NCBI RefSeq assembly: GCF_006345805.1
Contig: NC_043009.1
Span: 4,960,001 to 5,024,000 of the forward strand
From: Octopus sinensis
Lineage: Eukaryota
DNA: 64,000 nt
Direction: 5' to 3'
A program made the position numbers and the translations under genes. The notes beneath the pieces were generated by a model. That model did not search any database, had not been told where the DNA came from, and was given only the letters and a program-made list of their open reading frames with translations. Below are positions 39,960 to 53,399 of this stretch, one piece after another; the first letter of the stretch is position 1; every line of letters begins with the position of its first letter.

Positions 39960-42620
39960 CTTCATAGAAGGCCAGCTCTTCAATTAGAAACTGCCATCAT
40001 GAAATCTCATATGACTAGCGAGTTCGTCTCAGGACAAACACATCCTACTGCAGATGTTACAAACACTTTCAGGCAATAATATGTCACTGATTGAAGTCAA
40101 GTCCTGTTTACGAAATCCTCGTTTCATGTTGCAACGTTTGATTCTCCCAGTTTCAAATGATTTATAACAATGCTAGATCAATGCTTTGGAAACTGATTGA
40201 TTCTCTGTATTCTGCTCCTAATTCTCAATATCCACACTAAGGGCCATGAGGTTGTTTTTGATGACATCACCAAAACTATTCTTACATCTACATCTGACGT
40301 TTACTACGTTGCAACTTTCTGAAATGATAAAAAAATCATAGGTAACCCTCTCATCCTCCATTAGAGTAATATGCCCAGTCCAGCGTATTTGATTGCGTAT
40401 GAGAAACATCTCAATTTGTTATGTCATCAGTTGCTTAAGCTCCCCATAATGCAAGCTCGGTGGAATATTTCCAGAGTCTAGAAAGCGAGGTTGCTATGAA
40501 GTCCATGTCACAGTAGAGTGTAAATTGGCAGTTACAACACAGGATTGACTGATAATGAGGTTTTGATGGTGATATACCTGTCAGATGACAAACGATTTAT
40601 TTCAAATGATACCTAAGGCCTTTCAGGATTTTTCGATTTTCAGATTTATTTCATAATCATATGATTCATCTCCGGAGAGAGTGTTGCGAAGGTAGACAAA
40701 AGAGCCGACCGCATCCAAAATTGTAGCCTGAAAAACAGGTTGGGATTGATGTAGGACTAGCCTGGAGGTCGAAAAGCAGTGCATACTCTGGAGATGAGAT
40801 GATTTCCTGCCTGCATGTCTTCTTCAGTGTGAGTGAATGAGATACACATCGTGAGCATAAAGTCATTCATAAAAAAAACGGGTCAGGAAATCTTTGATTT
40901 TTACATTTATCGAAAGCTTAACCGTGTTTCTGAAGCGAACGTAGACGTTGATGCTGCAATCCCAGAATGCGCACGAAACAGTTACGGCAAAATATATGGC
41001 AGAACTTGTTGGAACAGGAATATCACCTTGTTTAGTCGCGTATTCAATGGACATTGTTTCCAAGACTAAACTGTCGAAGTAAAACGAGATTCCATCACAC
41101 GATGGAGTTGGTGAAGGAAATTGGCAAACTGAGGTGAACCACGAACTTTACTCGAGAATAGGCTTTCGTTAAATTGGCAAAGACCTGGCAAAGAGGTACG
41201 CCATGTTCTATAAATCTCTCCCGGCGTAGACAAACAGGAAAATGTATCAAGCCCATTCTATCAAGACTTGATTTAAAATTACATGCACTTGCCGGGATAA
41301 CAGGGGCAATATACATATTGTTGGGCGATTAAGTTTTGAAAAAGCTTACAAACCATCACATGGAGTATTATTCTTCTGTAATTTACAGATCGGGATTTAA
41401 ATCCCTTGTCTTTGAAGAGTGAAATTAAAACAGCATCAACCTAGTCCTGAGACGGAGACATATTTTACCAGACATCTGATATCAGATGGTGGGTCTTTAC
41501 AGCAATTCTATCACCCCCATGGAGGGGAACGTCAATGGATGTAAAGTCAAAATATGGTACCTTTCTAGTATCAATTGTTTTAGTCATTTTCTTTTCCTTC
41601 TATCACATTACTACTGCAATGGTCCCTCATCTCACGAATAATATCATTTTTAAACAGATTATTATGTCTCAATAACTGAGACATAAGGAAAAGTACCTGT
41701 GAATTGCTCAATCTAATAAACTTTAATATCTTTAGGATCCTTAAACAGAAAGGAATTATCCCTAGATTTGAATGGTAATTCAGATGAAGATTAAGGACCA
41801 AATATGGTTAAGTAATATAGAGTTTTAAAATTCTTATTGTTTTAAATGTTCTGAATATTTTCGGAAATGTCTGATTATCGTTGATTTCTTTTTCTTTTTA
41901 TTTTGCACTAAAGTTATGGTTTTACTCCTCAGAGACTGCAGTAACGAATTTTTATCTTTATCTGGTGCAGTCACATATCTTTGGTGCAGGATATTTTTAT
42001 CTTCGAGAAACTTGGAAATAGGTGACTCATTTTCATTCAACCACTTCCGGTGTTTTCTATTTCTAAGACCAAGAAACACAACTTTGACTCTTCAGAACAT
42101 GAATTTAAACTGATCCCAAATTCCGCCAAATAATTATTCAATAACTTTTCGAATATTCTCGTGCACATTGGATTCATTTAATGTCAACACGTTAGTAAGT
42201 TTAGGGACCTTTAATTCCCACCAAATGATTTAACGCATGATGTGGGCTTTTAATTTAAAACTATGTGTTTAAGATCCATCCTATAATCCGAGGGCCGTAC
42301 GATTCGGACAGTGCAGACAAACCAATGGTCTAGTTTGTTAGTAATAACGTAAACGAGAATATTACCATGTTTGAATCTTCGTTATATCCAAGTTAATTTG
42401 CAAACATCGTTCTAGTAAAAAACGGTGCTGCAAATGGAGAATTTGAATTCAGTGCAAAGCTGAAGAAGGGTAAGATCATCACTGTTTATCTTAATTAAAT
42501 CATGCTTCTCTAGTGCACCCCAGATTCCGTGATCAGTGTTGCCGCTTTCGACGCCGACAAGCCGAATGAGGAAACAGGTAGTACTAGTTTATATGATAAT
42601 AGTATCACACGAGAGCACCC
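39960..42620 (-). mobile_element. RTE (BovB-like) LINE, heavily decayed, endonuclease C-half plus RT
   Basis: Minus-strand motifs DHGIWGALEKHDLIKINSDDLTLLQLCTEFKFSICSTVF and KLTWI*RRFKHGNILVYVIT (APE); LGLRNRKHRKWLNENE; FIEHGVPLCQVFANLTKAY (RT); RNQIRWTGHITLMED (C-terminal). Confidence 0.85.
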
Positions 42621-43326
42621 TAACAGTGACACGCATAAATAAACACACAAACGTGTGTGTGCGTGTACGTGCGTACGTATGTGTGTATGATGTGTATTTC
42701 TGTGCATATGTGTGAGTGTGTGTGTTGTGCATATGCATGAGTGTGTGTGTATGCATTTACAAACACATATATTGTGCATGTATACATTTACAAACACATA
42801 TATTGCGCTCATCAGAAAGCAGAGCATCATATTCAACTTCTTTTGTTAAGGTTAGACGTTGTCGACGTCTTCTTCAGCATCATTATTATCACAATCATCA
42901 TCATCTAGAGCAATATCTGAAAATAAGCGTAAAATGCATGATTCGTCATATTCTTTTGTATTATGTTTGTCTTAGCTCTGATAAAGATTTCAGCATTCGC
43001 AGGTAAGACTTCTTGTAGAAACTTGCTAATCTTCTTTTACATTGCAAACAAATTCATATTCCCATTATCTGGCTTCATTCTGGATGTTCCCGGAATTTTA
43101 TTGTTTCGGGATATGAAGGTGTCACATATTGCTTGAATATTTCAGTAGATAACGGCAGTCCGTTGTTTCTTATGAGCAAGTAGTAGATTCTGTAGATGCT
43201 GGTTTATTAGATTTTGATGGTGTTATTGAGACTGCAGCAGCTCCCGTCTGTGCTGTTGCATCATTTGACCTATTTATATATATATATACTCAACATATAT
43301 ATGTGTGTGTGTATACATACATACAT

Positions 43327-43369
<43 letters not shown>

Positions 43370-43529
43370 TAGATAGATAGATAGATAGATAGGTATATAT
43401 ATACAGTATATATATATGTATATATAGATATATATATATATTATATATATATTTATATATATATTATATATATATATAATATATATAATATATTATATAT
43501 TAATATAGATATATATATATATATATACA

Positions 43530-43735
43530 GCTAATCTAAACATGACAAAGAGAAAACACAGCATTGCGAGGACGTGGAACAAAAATAGTGTTATTGGATG
43601 CTGAGGAAAGGAAACGAAAGGAGGATTTAACGTTTCGAGCGGAGAGATCTTCGTCACAAACATAGAAAAGGGAAAGGTCCAAGAAAGGGGAGACGGAGAA
43701 AGAAAATCGACAACGATAAACAGGCGGTCACATAT
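43530..43735 (-). mobile_element. Family P6 copy, HHR core with C3 to G
   Basis: Similar to 35820-36020. Minus strand reads uguuu-GUGACGA-A-gaucucuccgcuc-GAAACGUU-aaa. Confidence 0.65.
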
Positions 43736-43753
43736 TGAATGACCGGAAGAGAA

Positions 43754-43834
<81 letters not shown>

Positions 43835-43861
43835 GTCTATCTATCTATCCATCCATCCATC

Positions 43862-43920
<59 letters not shown>

Positions 43921-43942
43921 CATCCATCCATCCATCCATCTA

Positions 43943-44014
<72 letters not shown>

Positions 44015-44829
44015 ATAGCAACAGAAGCAGTATCAATATCAAGAGGTCATAGGCATACCTATTTAAATGCGGGCGTTGTGTTAGAACACAAAATACTGTG
44101 GGTTTTCTTTACCATGAGAGGTACTTTCAAATGGATTTCTGATGTATATAAGTACTCATGTTTATATCGCTAACAGGTGATAACCATCGTCTATCCCCGT
44201 GGAGAACGCCAGATCACGTGATTTTGATTTGCCTTGATCAATGCACCACAAATCCGCACGGGAGTTTCTCTCATGTTAAATAACGTAGTATGCTGCCCGC
44301 TTTTTAGAGAGGAGCAAAACAATGGCCACCCCATTATGCATCATATAAACGGGTATTATGAAAGAAATTTCTGCGATACCCACGGGGTGAGAACATTGTT
44401 TAATGTTTGTACTCGTTGTTATCAATGATTGCTGTCGTCCTTCATAATCTCTCATTCGTTAGATATTGTGCTACAAGCAAAAGTTTATGTGGATTTACGT
44501 TGAATGCTGTAACCACAACATAAGTTCGATTGGTGCATCTGGAAACAGTAACCCTGACTTGGATGCTGCTTATTTCCTTGGCTAGAAGAGTCATCCTTCA
44601 AGGACACATTGTCACTCGTATTGCTTTGATAGAGAGTCTTTATCTCCTGAGTTAGTTGGACGCCTTTTTTCTTGCTAAGACAATAATATCTTTTAGTATC
44701 TACATCGATATTATTGCAGTTATTGATATAATGCTGTTGGTGTTTCTGTAAAAGTTATAAGTGATGTAATTGTTATTGTTACGAAGTATGATTGCCATCA
44801 GCTCCTAACTTTATTGTCTATGTAGCGCA

Positions 44830-44921
44830 ACATCAGCAACAGCAGCAGCAGCAACATTTGTAGCAACAGTGGTGGTAGAAGTATCATCTAAAGTAGTAGT
44901 TGCATTAGTAGTAGTAGTAGT

Positions 44922-44954
<33 letters not shown>

Positions 44955-45083
44955 AGCAGCAGCAGTATTTCTCGCATCGTTGTATCTTCGCTGCGCCATC
45001 GCTGCCGTGTCGTCATCGTCTCATCAGTAGTATTAGTAGTAGTAGTAGTAGTCGTAGTAGTAGCAGTAGTAGTAGTAGTTGTT

Positions 45084-45117
<34 letters not shown>

Positions 45118-45170
45118 CAGAAGCAGTAGCAGCAGCAGCAGTAGCAGCAGCAGCAGTAGCAGCAGCAGTA
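44830..45170. repeat. Compound (AGC)n/(AGT)n trinucleotide repeat
   Basis: Direct reading. Confidence 0.9.
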
Positions 45171-45450
45171 TTAGCGGGTGGAGTCGTTCGCGTAGATTCT
45201 TATAGCAACAGCAGTGGTGGTTCTATTGATAACGCTATTGAAATCATTCTTTACTAATTCACAGTGACTCCATCGATCTTCGGAACACCTGTTACCTGCC
45301 TCCCACTCCCGCCGATATAAACATCATGGCGCCATCATTCACATCCGTCTTATTCTTTGAATGATTTATTAAAATGAAATAACTGATTTTTTTTTTTGTA
45401 AGAAACAGAAATAGACGTCAAGGTTGTAATGAGGAGAAGAAGAAACTTAC

Positions 45451-45515
45451 CTGGATGTTGCCATAATTTCTTCTCTAAAGTCGATGAAAATATTACTTAA
45501 AAATCCATTTTTGTT
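45451..45515 (-). other. Candidate 65-nt exon of an unidentified minus-strand transcript
   Basis: Acceptor gtgtcgtatgtttttag, donor ccag|gtaagttt. One open frame NKNGFLSNIFIDFREEIMATS; the final ATG has A-3 and G+4. Confidence 0.35.
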
Positions 45516-45654
45516 CTAAAAACATACGACACACAAAATTCATTGGCGATAAAAGCGAATGCAGTGACGAGGAAAACTACAAACACACCAAGAATAATAA
45601 AAGATATCGATAGGATAATGATTCTGATAATTTCAATTTTAGGACAGGTGGTAA

Positions 45655-46209
45655 GTCGATCAAGGTGATCCCAGTGTTCAAGCGGCCCTTATTCTATTGA
45701 GCCCAAAAGGATGAAAGGTGAAGTCGACCTGAGTGTTATTTGAATTCAAAATGTAAAGACGGAGTAATACTGCTAAGCAATTTGCCCTACCCACTAACGA
45801 TCTTGTCACTTTGCATCCTGAGAGATATGACAGTTTTGCTTGTGAAGTGAAACAGTTGTGGTCGATGAACAATGTAGCAGTAGTACCAATAATTGTCGGA
45901 GCAAAAATCTCATGAAGTACGTGGAACAAATAGGGGCTGCAATACGGGTGGAGCACTTGCAGAAAACAACACTGCTTGCAACCGCTCGAATACTCCGGAA
46001 GGTGCTCGAAAAATAAGAGATGTTACCTTAGCTCACAGGTAGTGAACAGCTGACACTTTACTACATCTGCAGCGTTAGAAGTGTGTACCTGGTGCCTATT
46101 TAATCGACCCCGAAAGGATGAAAGGCAATATCGACCTCGGCGAAATTTGAACGCAGAACGTAGCGACGGGCCAAATACCACTAAGCATTTCGTCCTGCTC
46201 GCAGCCTTA
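45655..46209. mobile_element. Two antisense SINE B pieces (45655-45835, 46085-46209) flanking an R4/Dong-type 3' end (45850-46080, plus)
   Basis: Middle segment encodes RYDSFACEVKQLWSMNNVAVVPIIVGA...LQKTTLLATARILRKVLEK*, typical of the RLE C-terminus of R4-clade LINEs. Confidence 0.8.
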
Positions 46210-46224
46210 AAATAAACAAATAAA

Positions 46225-46239
46225 TAAATAAATAACTAG

Positions 46240-46318
<79 letters not shown>

Positions 46319-46322
46319 TAAT

Positions 46323-46374
<52 letters not shown>

Positions 46375-46395
46375 TAATAATAATAATAATAATAT
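46225..46395. repeat. (AAT)n microsatellite
   Basis: Direct reading. Confidence 0.95.
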
Positions 46396-46681
46396 GTATC
46401 ATAAGCGCTTATTGGAGTGCATAGAAAAGGAATATATCATAACGTTTGCTTCAATAGTAAGTTCATTATGGTAACTGGTAGAGTGAACTGCAAAGCCGAG
46501 CTCGGTAGCTTTCAAACTCACAGCGCAATGCAGCAATCTTGACATCAGAAAGAATACTTCAGATCCTCTACCGATTCCGACAAGCGATATATTTCCTATA
46601 TTTTAACATGAAGAAAATATAGTGTAAATATATCATGGTTTGTTAGTCACTGAAAAGAGCTACAAGCACATTATCACCATT

Positions 46682-46743
<62 letters not shown>

Positions 46744-47311
46744 GATACATACATATATGTGTGTGACGTGTGAGTGTGTGTATGTGTGTGTTTGTGTATG
46801 TATGTATATGTATTTATATATATATATATATATACATCCATGTATATATATACATACATATATATATATACATATATATATACATACATATATATACATA
46901 TATATACATATACATACATACATATATATATATACATATATATATATGTATATATATACATACATATGTATACATATACATATACATATATATATATATA
47001 CATATATATATAAATATATATGTAAACTTAGTATTATTAAAACTTAGTATTTATTGGTATACGTAAAAAAAGAAATATGTAATTGATGTGTGCAGTTCAT
47101 TGAGTACAGAGCGGTATAGAATTTGTACATGTTTTATTGAGCCGGTGAAAGATGAAAGCAAATTTAATTCCGGTGAGTTTTCTGTTAATAATGTAGCCGG
47201 CCAAAACTTAATAACGTAATATACTGACACACACATTACCGTTTCAGACATTATGCTCCTCATTTATGTTGAATAAAAAACATTCCTTATGATAAGTATA
47301 TGTACTTACAT

Positions 47312-47344
<33 letters not shown>

Positions 47345-47449
47345 CACACTTACTTACGCGTACATATATGTATGTATATATATACGTTTGATGTGTGTGT
47401 CTGTGTTTGTTTATATGTGTGTGTGTATTATTACATAGAAATATAACTA

Positions 47450-47486
<37 letters not shown>

Positions 47487-48283
47487 AATATATATATATG
47501 TACGTATATGTGTGTGCGTATATTTATATGTACAGAGAGAAATTTACAGATACACAATTATATACATAATGATTATATACATAATCATATAAATATATAT
47601 ATACATATTTATAAACATATATCACACATACACACACACACAGGAGTGAGCTTGTGTGTGTGTATACGGGAATATGTAAAAGAAATGAGACTATATATAG
47701 CAGAAACCTGAGACTGGTAGAATTGTTTTACATTCTTGACAAACATATATAATTTTATATAACGTGATTACTTCAGTACTGTTGATGATAATGTTGGTGA
47801 CAATATCGATCAAAACGACAAGTGAAAGACCTTGACACATCTTCCATCTAAATGGTAATTTGAATCGAAAACTATAAATGAATTCTCGCGAATATTTTTC
47901 TTTAGAAATTTCATGCGGGTAATTTTACACGCAACGCATACGTGTTATTAATAGATATATACATTATATTCGTTCGATTAAGACTTGCTAGAAATTAGTG
48001 AAATGTCACTTGAAGTAGTTACACAAGGTTACCAAACAACCATCTGATCACTAATACCTAATCAAAATTCAGATAATTACAGAGTTGTAAACGGTATTAT
48101 TGTTCAGAATTTGTTTGAGCGTTGCGCAACCACCCAGCCGTACATAGGCCTGGTCACATACATACATACATACATGCATACATACATATATGTGTGTTTG
48201 TATGTACATAAGTATGCATGTAGGTACGTATTGATAGGTAAATATACAGGCAGACATATATACACATATATATGAATAAATAA

Positions 48284-48354
<71 letters not shown>

Positions 48355-48389
48355 ATATATATATATTATATATTATATTAATTATATAT

Positions 48390-48664
<275 letters not shown>

Positions 48665-48801
48665 AACTAAAAGAAGGAAAATGCATACAGTTTACATAGT
48701 TTTGATATATTTTAAATGAAAGAGCATGGTGGTTGTCGATCGGTTTCACTTCCGCTAATCACGACATACTTGTAATTTCGTATATTTTTAAAGAAGACTT
48801 A

Positions 48802-49250
48802 TAGTCCATGTTCTTTACGAATCAACAAGGAGAAAAATCTAAGTGGAGATAATTGGTGATAATTATAACCCACGACAGGGGAGGTAATTGCTGATTTTTG
48901 GAGTGCGATAAATAAACATACAAAAACACAGAAGCCTAAGTAGTGAGATGAAATAATTTCTGTGACGGGTATGTGATCATGGATCAAAATATATACTAAG
49001 GCTAAAGTTGGTTATGTGTTCATCTTTAAGCGTATGTATTTTAATCCATGATCACATATCGATTACTGTACATATTTCATCTCACTAATTTAGCGTATGA
49101 GGTTTTGTAAGTTTATGTAATCCTTCCCCAAAAATGAGTAAGTACCCTCTCCCACTGTCCCAAGTAATAAATATCGCCAGTTACCCTCTACCCCACGTAG
49201 ATTCTTCTACTTCTTGATTCATTCACAAAGTTTCGTACAAGATCATGGGC
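48802..49250. repeat. Old diverged fold-back, about 200-bp arms
   Basis: For example agtgagatgaaata...tatgtgatcatggat versus atccatgatcacata...tatttcatctcact. Outer blocks aatcaacaaggagaaaaatct / agattcttctacttcttgatt also pair. Confidence 0.7.
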
Positions 49251-49301
49251 TAACATCGTCTCAAGGAAATTACAATAATAATTACAATAATAATTTACAT
49301 A

Positions 49302-49395
<94 letters not shown>

Positions 49396-49733
49396 CACAC
49401 GCATATATATATATAGACAGAGAGAGAGAGAGAGAGAAGGAGAGAGAGAGAAAGAGAGAGCGTTTAAATCGAAAATATAGTCAACTATTAAGCTACTGTA
49501 ATTTTAAAAATACTGTATTTGTCTCACTCGCTTTACAGACATTTCCTATTAGAGGTATTATTGTGGATGTTCATTGGAACGTCTGTTTTTCAACATGTAA
49601 AGAAGTAGCTTTTACTACCTGCCTCTATTTTTCTCTTTGGATATTGATTGATTGATTGATTGATTCTAGTTTCAGCTTATGAGCTGTGGCCATGCTGGGG
49701 CGCCGCCATTTGGTGTTGCTACTTGGTTTCACT

Positions 49734-52713
49734 TCATGGAGGCTTTCTAGCAACTGCTATTTGGTGCATGAGAGAGTTCGATGCAGCTGCCCTCATCTGC
49801 CCCTCCTGCCGTGAAGTTGGTTCATCTGGGACACCTGACAGGAAGAGATCCAGCTTCATTTTAAAGACATCTGTATCCACCCCATGCAGGTCTCTCAGGT
49901 TCTTCGGGAGGATATTGAAGAGCTGTGGACCTCGGAAGCCCAGGCTATCACAGAATCTTGTCCTACATCTTGATGGCAGGTTTGGAGTCCTAGGCACCAC
50001 GCAGTGGCGCCCAGTTCTGGCATTTGCGTAACTCTCGATGCCAAAGTTCAGGACACTTCCCTCCAGGATCTTCCAGATTTATATTATGGCATATCTTTCC
50101 CGCCTACGCTCCAGGGAATATAATTTTAATCTCTTGAGTCTTTCCCAGTAGCTTACATTCTGCATAGAGGCTATCTTCTTTGTGTAGCTTCGTTGGATCG
50201 CCTCAAGTTCTGTGATCAACTTGACACTGGATGGTGACCATAGCTGAGAGCAATAGTGAAAGTGGCTTAGGACAAGTGTCTTCCAGAGGACCATCATGGT
50301 TTCTTGTTCTCTTGTTCTAAAGGTTCTAAGAATCCATCCAGCCAGCCGTCTACATTTCATTGTCAGTTTAGCAACATGTACATGAAAGGTCGCGTCATCA
50401 CTCATGTGAATACCCAGGTCACGCACTGATTGTGCCTCTGGGATTGCAATCCCTCCGGATCCAGTGTATTCATTGGGTATTGCATTCAGTTTTGCATGCT
50501 GAAACTTTCCAGCATTGAACTGCATGCTATTCTTTTCAGCCCACTTGTATATTTCGTCCAGCTCACATTGCAGGTGTTTAGTGTCCTCAGGGTTCTGTAT
50601 TGCCTGTTAAACTTTTGTATCATCTGCATAACTTGTGATCGTGGCTCTCTGCGTGGCTGAGGGCATGTCTGAGAGGGCCATTATGAACAGTAGTGGTCCC
50701 AGAACAGTGCCCTGCGGAACACCGCTCACTATTTGTGTGTTAATGGAGGTGGCCCCATTGGCTACTACCACCTGACTTCTATCCTTCAGAAAGTCATGAA
50801 GCCATTCTCCCAGTTTTCCAACTATGTTGAGATCACGCAGTTTGTGACATATCATTCCATGATCGACTTTATCAAAGGCCTTTGCAAAGTCGAGATATAT
50901 CACTTCTACATTTGAGTGGTTGAGCAGCCGTTTCAGCACCCAGTCATAGTGTTGTAGGAGCTGAGTTAAACAGCTTCTCCCTGGTCGGAAACCATGTTGG
51001 GTGTCGGGCAGCAAGTCATTCTCTTCAAGGAAGGTGATCAGCTTCCTTCTGACTATTCGTTCCATGACCTTGCTGATGTGTGAGGTCAGAGAGATAGGTC
51101 TATAGTTCTTGGCTTCCGCTCTGCTACCTCCTTTATGAATGGGGCATAATTTACCTTCCTTCAGGTTTCCTGGAAGTTTGCCAGCTGCAAGGAAGCTCTG
51201 AAAGAGGAACTGCAGTGGTCTTGCTAGGACTCTCTTACATGCTTTTAGGAGGATTGCCGGGAATCCATCGGGGCCAGTAGCTGAGTCTGTTTTCATTTCA
51301 TCTATAGCCTTGGTTACATCGTCTTCCTTTATATCGATGTAATCTATCGTCGCCGCCTCTGATTTTATATCTGCAGTGGTAAAAAAGTCAGTTGGATTGG
51401 TGATTTGGAGATGCCCAAGGGGTGGAGTGAAAACACTCTTGAATTGCTCATTCAGTATTTCACTTACCCTCATTGGTTTTCCTGTAAGTGTGCCATCCTT
51501 TTCGAGGAGTGGCCCTATTCTACAGTGCACTGTAGCTGTTTCTTTGGCATACCTGTAGAAAGCTCTGGGGTTAGATTTTATGTTTTCTATAGCCCAGGCT
51601 TCTTTGTCTGCTCTCTCTTTTTCATGGGAGAGTTGCAGACATTTTTCGATTTCCAACAGTTTTATTTTTAGGCGGGACTTTTCACTGCTTTCAATCTGTT
51701 TGTTTAGGCGATTTGAAAATTTCGTACGCCGTCTCATTAAAATTTTCCTCTCTCTGGGGATTTTGTTCTTGTGTACAGTGGCCTTTCTCTCTGGGACACA
51801 TTTGTAGCATATGGCTTGCATTACAGACATGAATTGTTGAAGTTTCTCGTCGATGTCTGGCGAGAAGAGACATTTAGGCCAGTTTTGTTTGAGGATCTCT
51901 TTCTCAATTTGTTTCCAGTTTGCCTTATGGTAGTTCAAGCTGGAAAGATTTTGAGGGTTTCTTGTAGGCTGCATGTCCGTGCTCTCTTTTGGCCCGTACA
52001 TGTCAGCTCTATCATGTTGTGATCCGAGAGTAGTGTCGGTGTCACTTTCACATTATGGATGAGATCCATGTCATTGTGAAGCAGAGATCCAGTGTGTTAC
52101 CTGCCCTGGTTGGTTGGAGTATTACCTGCTCCATGTACAGGGTGTTGATGAGGTTCAGGAGGGACCTCGCCTGTCCTCGTTCACATCTTGTCATTCCTGG
52201 GAGAGAAAGGCCCTCGGGCCATCTGACATTGGGCAGATTGAAGTCTCCCATAAGAAGCACACCTATGTGTTGTTCTAATGTGGTTAGAATTTCTTCTATT
52301 TTTATAAGGCAGTCTTCAAACTTGCCCACATGGCTTGGGGCATCTGGAGGGCGATATGTAGCACACACAACTACATCAAGTTGCCTAATATGTACAATTA
52401 GTGTGTCACACACCGAGTTTGAGTATGACAAGAGGACCTGGGGTGTGAGGTCCTCACGGATGTACATAGCAACACCTCCATGACTCCTTTCTTTCCTGTC
52501 GGTCCGTAGTACAGCATACTGTGGTATGTGTAACTCCGCATCTGCTATGTCCGGTTTCAGGTGCGTTTCTGTAAGTGCTATGCATAAGGCTTGATTGCAT
52601 GCAACAAAGTCTCTCAGGAACGGGATCTTTGTCCTGTTACTGAGTGTTTGCAGTCCTCTGATGTTCAGTAGGAGTATCGAGGTGAGGTGTACGTTGTTGC
52701 CGGCGGTGTCCAT
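49734..52713 (-). pseudogene. LINE ORF2: APE endonuclease plus reverse transcriptase, disrupted
   Basis: ILLLNIRGL, LTETHL, GGVAMY, LMGDFNLP, QHGFRPGRSC, YLDFAKAFDKV, GVPQGTVLGPLLF, YADDTK, SLERRRER. Frameshifts near 52075 and 52002; in-frame TAA at 50607-09 and 50079-81. Confidence 0.92.
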
Positions 52714-53337
52714 CCTGTGTCTGTTTGCTGTGGTGGTCTGGTATATAGTGGGTAGTCCCACCTGCGGGCTTGGTTTGATGAAGCCAGGTCAGCTGCTGTA
52801 CAATCTTTTGTGCCATGCACAAAAAAGATTGTCTCAGCAGCTGCTCTTTCGACAACATCATGTTGGCTGTTTGTGGCGCGCACAACATCTGCGTACCTCC
52901 GCTTTGGGGCAGGTGGTGAGTGGTCCATCCCTTTTCTTTGTGTTGATGGTTTGTCCATCTGCCTCGTGTCTCTGTGGCAGGGTCCCCGATGTGCAAAGCG
53001 GCAGCCTGCACCTTCCTTTCCATGCCAGCAGGAACCTCTCAGGTAGAACATACACACCCTGTGCGCTGTTTGGTTCCATCCTTTGCGGTTCCACTTCTAT
53101 TCCTGGTTGTTTCACTCTTTGGTCCTGCTTGAGCTTTTTCTTTTCCTTTAGCTCTTCCAGTCCTTCTTTTAGTTCTTCTTCCTCCCTCTACCTCTTCACC
53201 GGGTTCTCCGTCTCCATGGCCCTTGCTGCCGGTTGGAGAACTTGCACCTGGGTTCACTTCCCGGGCAGGTTTCTCATTCAGGTTTCTCATATATATATAT
53301 ATATATTTCGCGCCGGAATCTTTGATCCCTGCTCCAT
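52665..53337 (-). pseudogene. LINE ORF1 with a CCCH-type zinc finger, frameshifted
   Basis: The basic low-complexity N-terminal frame (53290-53060) joins CMFYLRGSCWHGKEGAGCRFAH if GGG at 53057-59 is read as GGGG. The start ATG (53337 or 53290) is uncertain because of an internal (AT)n. Confidence 0.6.
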
Positions 53338-53399
53338 GGATGTGTGATTGTGCCTAAACAAATCTGCGTGGTGCTCTTAAATGTAAATCAGTTTTGTTT

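Larger units (their letters stand above)
49644..53395 (-). mobile_element. Near full-length CR1-clade LINE
   Basis: ORF1, ORF2, a short 3' UTR with a stem-loop, and an (AATC)n tail at 49644-49665. The 5' boundary is approximate. Confidence 0.93.

Noticed and set aside
42416-42577. Two apparent 54-nt phase-1 exons on plus (KNGAANGEFEFSAKLKK; DSVISVAAFDADKPNEET) that looked like mutually exclusive exons
   Set aside because: The opposite strand encodes the RTE endonuclease (DHGIWGALEKH...LLQLCTEF), which explains the GC content and open frames.
44811-45200. Poly-Ala/Thr ORF (MAQRRYNDARNTAAAV...)
   Set aside because: Compound AGC/AGT repeat; the frame breaks mid-tract, with no splice sites or recognisable domain.
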